64,000 nt of DNA from Marsupella aquatica (taxonomy: Eukaryota; Plantae; Marchantiophyta): assembly GCA_973895155.1 (NCBI GenBank), contig OZ316892.1, positions 26,249,233 through 26,313,232 of the forward strand. Direction: 5' to 3'. The translations under genes were made by a program, and so were the position numbers. Below are positions 26,023 through 36,603 of this stretch, one piece after another (position 1 is the stretch's first letter; each line of letters begins with the position of its first letter). A model generated the notes under the pieces. It worked only from the letters and a program-made list of their open reading frames with translations, was not told the origin of the DNA and searched no databases.

Positions 26023-27159
26023 AGCACATCGCAGGCCACCCGCGAGGTGTAAAGTCTTGTTTACAGGGCATTTGCATGTCCTAAACCGCCACACACCCCC
26101 CACCCAATTGAGAGCTTCGTTTTAGGTTTCTTCCGGCAATTGTGCACTTATCCAGAGCTCCTTGTATCTCACTCATCTCGCCCTCGAGTCCTCCAATGCG
26201 CGACCCTCCACTGGACGACGGGACGAGACGAGACCCTCGTCTGGGGGCCGAGCGTCAAGTGGGGTATCCCGTACGCCCCGGCCTCCACGAGTCGCGTCAG
26301 CACTACCCCTTGGTGGGACCCAGGGGAGGCATCTTGGCGGTACGCTGGGCGCGGGCACGCTGCAACGTCTCCGATGTGCCGCGTGCCGCGCTTTGTCCAA
26401 GTGGCTGATACCGACGGCCTTTACGCTCGTGTGCGCCACAGCCAGTAATGATTGGCGTATCGTTCCTTGAGGGAGCGGGCTCAGGGCCCGCGGTAAAGGT
26501 GTCGTCCCGAGGGAGGCGGTACTCGGGTTACATGCAAAAAGCAGGCGAGCCCTCACTGGTCGCTTTGATTACCTTGCCCCTTTTTTTCCTAGGTTTCGAA
26601 CCGAAAACTACAAAATAGACTATGTAGAGGATAACAACGGTCCCGGCACATGCATACTACTGTAGGTAAAGACCTCGGATCAGAAAATGAAGATAAGTTA
26701 ACCATTTGTACAAGGAAGCTTTTCTAAGCATTCTAGCATTCTAGGAGTTCAGATTATAACCCCAGCCTTATGTATAGGGTAATGCAGGTATGGGCACAGG
26801 GTTATTAGGCTGTAACCCTGCGTCTGGAATATGAAAAGAAACTGATCGGCGACAGCCAGGAAGCTTCTTTGAATATTTTGGGAGCAGGTTACAATCTATA
26901 ACCCCAGCCCTGCCCTGCATTAGCGTACTTAACTCCTGCCCGGAAAGAGGTTAATGGCTCAACTTTTCAGGACAGCACCGGTAACCTCTTGTCCTGACAG
27001 GATTTACAGTACCTAAATGTAGTATGGAAAATAAAGTTAGCTCTCAAAATTTTATGGAGGGATATGCTCAATAGACCCCCTCCTGGAGATAGTTTGCTTG
27101 ATCAACCCCCTGCAAACATTTTTGCCCCAATCGACCCCCTCTTTATGATCCGTACCCTT

Positions 27160-27741
27160 TGTCGTGCGCATACACATCGCTTGTCACATACATCCAAACA
27201 TAGTCACACTGTCACATCACAAACACAAGAGAATGGAATACAAGTGGAACTCATGTCCACACATGTCCAAAACCCACAATAATCTTTTCAAGTATAGAAA
27301 ATGGAACAACAATCGACGCCAATCCGACAACGATCCATCCAATGCGATCACACACGTATGTCAAGCCCAACGCACCTTGTGCTTCAAGGAATCCACGTTA
27401 CATAAGAGAGCTCTCAGCCACCATAGCTAAGCTCTCCACTTCAGGCTCAACATCGAAAGATAACCCTTTCGATGCCTCACAAGAGAGAACTACTCTCTCA
27501 CACAAACCTAACAGAACCTTATCGGCTCATATAGTACACATACTAATCATACGGATTTAGATAGTACAATACACTCTAACACTACCTAGAATGGTGTGAC
27601 AGCTGTCGTGCGCATACACATCGCTACACAACATACATCGCTTGTCACATACATCCAGACATAGTCACACTACCACATCACAAACACAAGAGAATGGAAT
27701 ACAAGTGGAACTCATGTCCGCACATGTCCAAAACCCACAAT
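27160..27741 (-). repeat. 3' terminal repeat block A'-GC-B-A (one complete A-GC-B LTR plus a terminal A segment)
   Basis: A and A' differ by a 17-bp indel and about 4 substitutions. B and B' (321 bp each) differ at about 9 positions, mostly transitions. Confidence 0.9.
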
Positions 27742-27750
27742 TGCCCCCCT
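27742..27750 (-). promoter_or_regulatory. Polypurine tract (plus-strand primer)
   Basis: Minus strand AGGGGGGCA lies immediately upstream of repeat block A' (ATTGTGGG...). Confidence 0.65.
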
Positions 27751-27914
27751 AGCTAGGAATAAGATCCCCTAACTCTAGCTAGCCATGAGTTCTACAAGGT
27801 TGATATACACCTTTTTAGGTGTGAAGATCAGGAGGCCGGGTGCAAGTGAGCCCCATCGATCACCTACCTGCAATCTACATCTACCAAGAGAACGCAAATG
27901 ATAACTAGTCGGCG

Positions 27915-29433
27915 TCACCGACACTAAGGACACAACCACGATCCACTAGGAATCACCTCCAATGGTGGTGTCAAACACGACATGTGCCATCCTCTAGAAC
28001 ACTTATCACAAATCAACATAGTAGCTACTCCTTGAGCAGATCCACACAACATACACTTCAAACCAACACGAACATGTGCTAAGCTTGGATTTACTGTACC
28101 ATCAATGTTTGGAAGATGACATGGTGCACAGTTGCGCACATGATCCTTCCAAACCATACCATCACGTCCCTCCAACATCAGGACACCAGAAGGCAACACT
28201 TCACGCACACGCAAAATGGTCCGACCTGCGGTCACATCAAGTGTCGTTGGTGCTGTCTGCTGCAAATAAACATAATTACCTGGATGAAATCGTCGAATCC
28301 TCGCACGATAACCCCCTCCATGAATAATAGCATACCGCAAAGTATCACGATGCTGGGCATTAGCAAGGTTGTCAAAGGCCATGGGCATGACTCTCTCAAA
28401 AACTCGTGCCCTCTCTGAACAAACCTTTACCCAAATATCTGGATCATCCAAATCCACAATAGTTGCAACATCATGACGAATAGCCGTTGGCAAATCTGGC
28501 TCTCTACCATAGAGCAAGAAATAGGGTGAGAAGGATGCAAGTGATGCTTGTCGACTGAAACGGTAGCCCATAGCTAACCAAGGTAATTGGAGATCCCAGT
28601 CTCCCAAATGACCAACCTGCAAGCCATACTTGCGCAATCCTCTCTTCACAGTTTGTACAACTCTCTTTGCCAATCCATTTGCCTCAGGATGATCGCGAGA
28701 AGTAGTACGATGGTCAATCAAAGCTTGCTCACACAAACCCTCAAAATCTCCACGGAATTTCGTGCCCTGATCAGTCAACACCTCAGCTAGTGCTCCAAAG
28801 TGATTGAGTACTCGATCCAGAAATGTGGTAGCCACTCCTCCACTAGCTTTATCTGGCAATGCCACTAGTTCAATCCACTTGGAGAAGTGCTCCACCATAA
28901 CCAAAACATAACGGTTATGTCGTTGGGTGAGAGGCAATGGACTAGCAAAGTCCAAACTCCATCTATACCCCAACCCATGATTGGCAATGGATGCAATTGG
29001 GGAGTGGGAGCATTAAATGATGCCCTCACTCGATCACATACCACACACTTAGCTATCAGTTGCTGGACATGAGTGTGCATACCACGCCACAATACTGTGT
29101 CTGCATCAAACTGTAAGTGCGCTTCACACCAAAGTGACCCAACTCCTCGTGCGCATGTCGCACCAAATGTACTCGTTGTGATGGTTTTGGTACCACCAAT
29201 ACCTTACCATCACGTAGTACTCTCAAAAGATGGTTTCCTTCCCATCGAAACCTCTTCGCTCTCTGTAGAACCCTGTCACGTTCCTTGGCATCAACACTGC
29301 CAACAATAGAACCACTGCGTAGATATTCCAACACTCTCACATCATTGTGAATATCTTGCTGTCTAAAAGTTACCTGACCAACATCCACATCTGAAGACTC
29401 ATCATCTGCTTCATCCAATGAAGTAGAGTCCAC
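27915..29433 (-). pseudogene. Integrase (HHCC + DDE core) with C-terminal PHD finger
   Basis: HAHEELGHFG...CVVC; SLDFA...LTDQG...ANGLAKR (catalytic E changed to K); PHD CMLC...[30 protein letters not shown]. Frameshifts at ~29095 and ~28976. Confidence 0.9.
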
Positions 29434-30990
29434 AGAACCACTGCATGCTGGAACCCAACAAAGGAAGGCAGATGCATGTCATCCTGGCACCATCTCCTTA
29501 TCTGACTCATCATGTCATCTGGCTCCAGTCTCATTCTCCTTACTGGTACATGGATTGCGGCTCAACCGATCTGCATCCAAATTTACCTTTCCAGGCCTAT
29601 GCATCACCTGGAAATCATACTCCTGTAACAACAATGTCCATCATGCAAGCTTCCCAGTAAGCTTGTCAGACTCCATTAACCACTTGAGAGGCTGATGATC
29701 AGTGATCAAAGTGAAAGGATTACCAAACAAGTAACAACGGAAGTGTGCCATAGCCCACACTATTGTCAAACACTCTCCCTCATAAGAGCTATACTTAGCC
29801 TCTGCTGAATTGTTTGATCTACTGGCATATGCCACAACAAACTCATGCCCTTCATCATCTTTCTAAGTCAGCACTGCTCCAAGTCCTACTCCACTCCAAT
29901 TAGTGTGTAGCTGAAATGGTCTCCCTGAAATGGGTCTTCTCAAAATAGGGGATGATGTCAATCTTTCTTTCAACTCCTGAAAGGCATGCTCCTGATCATC
30001 ACCCCAAATCCATTTCTAATCCAACTTAGTGAGTATGGTCAAAGGTTTAGCAAGTTGGCTAAATCCTTTAACATACCTCCTATAGTAGCTCGCCAATCCC
30101 AAGAATGCACAAATTTTGCTCACATCAGCAGGACGAGGAATCTGTGTAATGGCCTCCACTTTAGTCTGTTGTACATCCAATCCCCCTGGGTATATAGTGT
30201 GGCCCAAATACTCAATCTGTTTTTGGAATAACTTACACTTGCCAGGATGGAGCTTCAACCCATCTGCTCTCAATCTCTCCAACACAATCTGCAAGTGCTG
30301 CTGATGTTCTTCCACAGTGGAAGAATAAACCAAAATATCATCAATATAACATCTCACAAAATCCAACCCTGCAAGAATTCGATCCATGACTCTCTGGAAT
30401 TCAGCTGGTGCATTCTTCAACCCAAATGATAAGAACAACCACTGATACAAACGATCCTTGCCATACGAATCAATTCCCCATAATGCTTTCTTGGACCTGT
30501 CAAAATGTCTGATTGGAAGCTGATGGTACCCTGCCCTCAGATCCAATGAACTAAAAACCTTTGCATGCCCCACTGCATCAAAGATCTCCTCAGGTGTGGG
30601 CATGGCATATCGATCAGATTTTGTCTGACGATTAATAGGTCGGTAATCACCACACATGCGCCTATTCGTGTAATTATCATGCACATCCTTCTTGGCTGGC
30701 ATCATTGTGGCAGATGCATACTCCCCGTATGAGATCTCCACCAAACCAGCCTCCAACAAATCCTGAGTTTTGCTTTGAATCAGAGCTCTCTCCATGTCAC
30801 TATAACGGTATGGTCTACGAAAGATTGGCGCATCACTAGCCAATTCAATCTGAATACCAGGGCCCTTCAATGTCCCCAAATCCTTCATGCTGAATGCAAA
30901 ATAATTCCAGTAACTCTTCAGGAATCGATGCATGCGACGTCTCTCCTCCCCTGTCAACTTAGGACCAATCTGTGGCTCCCAACTCTCCAC
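29434..30990 (-). pseudogene. Reverse transcriptase and RNase H
   Basis: RRMCGDYRPIN, LDLRAGYHQL, FGLKNAPAEFQR, YIDD, FLGLASYYRRYV; RNase H AYASRS...YEGECL...TDHQPLKW. In-frame premature stops. Confidence 0.95.
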
Positions 30991-31239
30991 CAGATCCCTA
31001 ATATCTTTTTGTAGGGTAGAAGAGATAGCCGATGATTGCTATTTAGCAGTAGATTGAGCAGTCCCTTCCTGCTCAACAATCTGTCCAGCCTTGGCCAATC
31101 CTGCCATAGGTCCATGGACTGTCTGCTCGCCCCCAGTTGTGGTCACTACTGTCTCAGTAGACCGCAAGTTCACTAATGGACGATCAGTAACACCAGTAGA
31201 ACGCATCTGCAATTGTTTAGCGACCCCCAAGCTGAGAAT

Positions 31240-32232
31240 CCAAGTCAAGCAATTCAAATCCATTGCTTGACCAAGAACCTGGCGGCGTGAACTCTCTGAC
31301 ACCGAGGCAACGGCAGTGGTGCTTGTCAAAAATCCCATAGCACGTTCCCTCTCATCAGTAGTAGGTTCCACTAACTGTTGGAGAGCTGTGTCCCACACAA
31401 GTCTAGGGCCACCTGCTCTGAATGCATATGAAGCAGAGTGGCTTACAAAAGTGGGTAATGCACAACGTGGGCGCCCAACGACATTGACCACCGCCAATGG
31501 AGGTCTGTCAGACTGGGTCACATGTTGTGCACAACGCCCTGGATCCAAAATATCATCCACCACCAAGGATGTTGAGCGAGGAATGCTATCAAATGCTCGC
31601 TTCAACACCTCACAAGGTAACAAATTAGTCCACCACAAGCGTGGACGATGTGCACGAGAACCCACACGTGCAACATCCAATAACATAGCAGGTCCAATCC
31701 AAGATCTGACCTGATGAATACTAGCAACAAGTCAATGACGATCATCACCCAATAGTGGCACATTCTCCAAAATGTAGGCAGGGGAATGTGTTTGATGTAA
31801 TTGGAGATGACGCAATATCTGTAACATCTCCCAAAACAATGCAGAGCGTGGATCATGAAGTCCATGTCCAACTCCAGCTCTGGATTGGCCCTGACATGGC
31901 CAACTTGCAATCACCAAATCAATAGGGCCAACGCGATCCAAATGATCCGCTCCCAATAGTGAAATATCAGCAGGCAGTGCATGCTGATAGCCACGAACAG
32001 CATCCACTGGCAACAACTATGGATAACGATCCACCAACATAGCCACATGGCGCAATGAGACTCTCCGTGCTATCTCATCTATCTCCACATACAAGTAGCA
32101 ACGCACAGGAATTCCAGCGTGAAGAATAGCAGCAAATCCAGTGCTAATCCCACCAAATAGATCCAACAAACAAATACCCTCTAGTGGGTACTGCCAAGCA
32201 ATAGGAGTGGTATCCAATGGTGAAAGAGTCAC
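31240..32232 (-). pseudogene. DNMT3-like C5 cytosine DNA methyltransferase domain within the retrotransposon polyprotein
   Basis: Motifs in canonical order and in the RT frame: I LLDLFGGISTG, II YVEID, IV IDLVIASWPCQGQSRAG, VI ILENV, VIII AHRPRLWWTNL, IX ERERAMGF, X RRQVLGQAMD. Confidence 0.9.
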
Positions 32233-32599
32233 CGGTCCATTTGCAAGAGGCTGCTCTGCTCCTGACTATGGTGTAAAAGCATGACGCCATGCATCATGTA
32301 CCAATCGTGCTGCCCTTTGCGGCAAGGCCTGTGCAACACCCCATATTGGTGGCACAATACTAGTTGGATTGGGATGATCCCATCCAGGTTGCTCCTGCGC
32401 ACCATCTGCTCCTCATGTGACTCCTCCAATGGTGGAACATCCGCTGCATGCGTATTACCCTCAATCAAATCATCAAGTCCAGTAATCACACCACTGAATG
32501 CTGATAAAGACAATAGTGTGGATTTAGGGCCTCCAACAGGTCCACTAAATCGCACTGGCAACCTACTCAATCGAGCATCTCCTGACTGCCAATCAGGTC

Positions 32600-35060
32600 T
32601 ATATGACACTGATTCATCCCAAAAATCAAGAATAAATCCCATGGGGTAGAGCACTGTACATCCCACCAACACATTATATGAATCTGCCTTAGTCAAAATA
32701 GCTCACGCCTGTATCTGTGAGCTATCTATCGCATGACCTTCCTGAATCCTCAAATCAAGTGGTCTCTTGGTGATATGCTGTGTAGGTGTAGGTCCCCCCA
32801 AGGAAGTCTGAATGGGAAATGGACAATCCTCCAAATCCTCTGGATGCAATCCCAATCCGCGTATGACAGACTTTCCCAACATCAAGGGCTGAGCACCAGT
32901 ATCCAGTAACACTCTCGCTGGCTGGTATACCACTCTAGAAGGCCCAACTAATCAGAAGATACCACTCCGATTATCCAATGACACAACACTAGGGTTAAAC
33001 CTAGTCCTCTCAAATGCAGGATGTGCTGGTAAATCCACCAACTTTGCCGCTGATGCATGCCACGTCTCACTAGTAGCAGTAGGTGGTGTCAACTTTACTG
33101 CTCCAGAACTGCATGCTGCTTCTACATGAGAAGCCAAAACTGGAGTATCCTCGCATAATGTGGCTGCCAATCTAAACACATCAGCTGGACCAACTCCCAA
33201 GTTCAGCATGTCTGTCGCTGAAAATAATGGGGTGCGCACTATGGTAGTAGCCGCCCCCAGCAGGGTACCTGTCATCCCTGCCGCATCACTACTTGATTTT
33301 GCCAACTTACCCACACTACGGTTTGTCCGAACCGGGTTCATAGAGGTAGTCTGAACTGTCTCTGACAATATAAAAGATTGAGGAAGCTTTGTCTGCCGAC
33401 GTGCATCCCCCTTCTATGGATCTAGCTCCACTACTGCTCCTCGGGGCTCAAGAGCTTTGGCTGCTCTACGTGTCAAAGCTGCTGATGCATCAATATGTGC
33501 AGTGCCACACATGAATCCCATGGTGGCAAGGTCTCCATTAGCCCCATAAGATGTGGAAGCCCCATAGGATGTAGAAGCCCCATCACCAGAAGCAGGTCTC
33601 ACCTGAGAACTAGCCATAGCAGCTAGTTGTTGCTCCAATTGAGCAATCTTAGCATCCTTAGGATCTGTGGTCATAGCAAGAGTAGCATCACCTCCCTGCC
33701 TTGCTGCATGTGGCATACATCGGCCACGACCACCACCTCTACCTCCTCTTCCCTCATCATGTGTGCGTTGTCCTCCTCTCCGTACCTCGGGATGGAGTGA
33801 GAAACACCTATCCTTGGTGTGTCCAGGAACTCCACAATGATCACACTGTCGCTGATCAGGTGCTGAGGCCCCTCCTGGCCCTCTATGATCCGGTCAATAT
33901 CGTTGTGCATGGTCCCCACCACAAGTCCAACATCCTGACTGCTGTCCAGCATAGGAAGGCACAGGTCTCTGACTTGTAGACTCTCGTGCAATAGGCTTCT
34001 CCCTCTGGGTCTTCCGTGCAGTAGGTTGTGGTGTGGGTGTAGATGCAGCCTTTGGTGCTTCCTTGGCAAATCCGGAAGTCACCACCTTCTCATTCACCAT
34101 ATTGAGCTCAATTCGCTCAGAAAGTGTAAAAACAACTGCCAATGTGGGATCTGCATCCCTAAGCAAAGTGACATCTCTCACTCTACGTCGCAATTCTCTA
34201 TCCAGAATTGCATACCAAAATTGGACTGCCTGAGCCTCTGTCACTCCCTTGGTGACAGTGATCAATCTGCGCATACGAGTGTATGCCTCACGTAGACTCT
34301 CTCCAGTCTTGCGCTGAAACTCTTGGAGACCCTTCAACTTATCAGTCCTCACACCCTGATAGTTTTGCTTTAATACTTCAAAGAACTCCACCACAGGGTT
34401 AAATGTTGGCGCAACTCCAACCCCTATCACAATTGCACTGGTAGGAGTAGCGGTGGATGTTGTTGGAGTGGTACTGGTAGATGGTGTGCCACTCTGGCTA
34501 GTGCTGCTAGAAGAAGCAAACAGCTATAGCAATGGGTTGGGCAGCCGCTTTAGTGCCATAGGTGATGGACACATAATTAGGCGACCAATGCTGCCTCCAT
34601 GCCTCAATCTCAACCAAATGAGCCTTCCAAAACTCATGGTAATCATCCATGGGTGGCCCCTCCAAATGCTGAAATAATCCCTTCCATGCCATGAAAGGGG
34701 TAAACAACGTGGCATTACGCAATGATTGCATATCGCACCATGTATCAAACTCCTAGATGAAGTCATCCAGATCAATAGTGCCAACAGCACCAGAGTATCG
34801 TCGTGGGCCCTTTGTAGCCCCGTACATCTCTTCCATATCCCACAACAAAGGTGCAATCACCTGATGACAAGGAGAACTGATCACAGAGTCCTCGTCAAAA
34901 TCACTCTCTGAAGATGCACTTGCAACTGATATCAATGTCGTTGGCCGAAACGACACCCCACTTCGAGTGAAACCGGTCCTCTGTCCCTCGGACAACCCCG
35001 TAGCACCCGAAGAATCCGTGATGACAAATCTGCCCTAAATCATCACCATCACCTTCATAA
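32600..35060 (-). pseudogene. Gag (two Zn knuckles) and aspartic protease
   Basis: Gag-like IDLDDFI*EFDTWC and FQRKTGESLREAYTRMRRL; knuckles CWTCGGDHAQRY and CDHCGVPGHTKDRC; protease VLLDTGAQP. Stops, plus a frameshift near 34500. Start codon approximate. Confidence 0.85.
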
Positions 35061-35581
35061 TAGGCTTCACAATGCCCCAATATTGTAGCTAAGAATCCAT
35101 GCAAAATTGATCCAATCTATGCATCCAGATGGATTCAGAAGTATCAAAAACCTCTAGGTAGCTTCTGATTTGGCCCAAAACAGGACTCTAGACAAACTAA
35201 TAAGTGTATAAAGCCCCCTGGCCCTTCAACTTAGACAACAAGTTGTGAAAGCTTGTGTGTACACTGCATGCCATAAGAACTCCATGGTTAAGTACGCGCA
35301 GGAGGAATAACTTTGGGATGGGTGACCTCCCCCTTGGAGTTATGCACCAACTTAGGCACTCCAAACCAACCAATTGTCAACTACTCCTCCCGTACCAGCA
35401 AGCTGCCTTGCGGCCCGCTCCAGTCCCGCTCCTGCTCCGCCCTCACGCCCCTTGTCACAAGTCGCCTTGAAACATCGAGATGAGCCTGAGGGAGCCCTTC
35501 ACACCCGCCACACTCCGATACGTCGGGGTGAACCTCCAATTCAAATTCATTCAACAATCATCCGGACGCTCGGTCCGCAAG

Positions 35582-36023
35582 TTGGAGTGGGATGATCCCA
35601 ATCCAAGTCCTTCACGTCCACTACACAGGTGAAGTCACCAACATACAATTGGATTGGGTTGATCCTAATCCAAATCCACTTCAAGGTCCAGATGACGTCT
35701 CTGGACACGCCAACATACAGTTGGATTGGGATGATCCCAATCCAAATTCACCTTCGCCCAAAATCAAGTTTCCAACGTTGTCAATGTACAGTTGGATTGG
35801 GATGATCCCAGTCCAACTTCAACTTCAAGTCCAAATGGAGTCCAAAGTTATCAGTGTATAGTTGGATTGAGATGATCCTAGTCCAAATCCAACTTCGAGT
35901 CAAAATGCGGTCTCAAGAGACACCCACAATTGGACTCGGATGATCCCAATCCAAATCCAACTTTGAGTCAAAATAAAGTCTCAAGAGACAACCCACGATT
36001 GGACTCGGATGATCCCAGTCCAA
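35582..36023. repeat. CRISPR-like array: 7 x 25-bp palindromic repeat with 42-47-bp variable spacers, in the retrotransposon 5' leader
   Basis: Consensus TTGGATTGGGA-TGA-TCCCAATCCAA (11-bp stem, 3-nt loop) starting at 35582, 35649, 35721, 35792, 35862, 35930 and 35999. No cas genes, so not called CRISPR. Confidence 0.9.
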
Positions 36024-36591
36024 AACAAGGCGCACCACAAAACACGCCGCAATTCTTGGACCAAAACACTGTTCAACAATATTGTCGTTTTCCTTGTGCC
36101 CTAGGTCACCGCTGCACCTCGTCGCAATGCAGACTCCATCGTGACACCGACGACACAATTCACCAACATTTGATTGTCACTTTCTTTGTAAAAGTGTACT
36201 ATCCATCAACGAATCTCAAATCCGCAATAGCCTTTGCGATGCTGCAACGCAATCGGTAAGGACTAGAACTCCAAAAACACAATGTAGCAACTAGCACTCA
36301 AAGCGCCTTGTGATCTTTGATCAGTCTTTCATTGCCATATTCGACAAGCTCCAAATGTCAATTCGATAATCAACTTCAAACAGGACTTCAATGAACAAAC
36401 TATTAGAGAGCTGCAAATAGCACCAAGCTGCGCTCTCAGAGTAATCAATAGCTCACAATCCCCAATCAACCAGCCGCTGATCTGACTTGAGCTACCACAA
36501 ATCAACCAACAAGCTCTCCACGATCCAAGCTACCATGGATCAACTCTGCAATACAGCAAGCTTCGAAACAGCTTCGAATCAACTTGCAGTG

Positions 36592-36603
36592 ATCTTTCGA
36601 TGT
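36592..36603 (-). promoter_or_regulatory. Putative self-priming primer-binding site
   Basis: ACATCGAAAGAT directly follows block B' and is complementary to ATCTTTCGATGT inside block B (12/12 at 27450-27461; 11/12 at 36773-36784). No TGG-starting tRNA PBS. Confidence 0.55.

Noticed and set aside
27156-27160. 5-bp TSD CCTTT with the element starting at 27161
   Set aside because: Formally possible, but the internal A' copy also begins TGTCG, so the T belongs to the element. A 4-bp CCTT TSD with TG...CA ends is more consistent.
35582-36023. Bona fide CRISPR array
   Set aside because: Eukaryotic retrotransposon context, no cas genes, and spacers partly related to each other. Reported only as CRISPR-like architecture.
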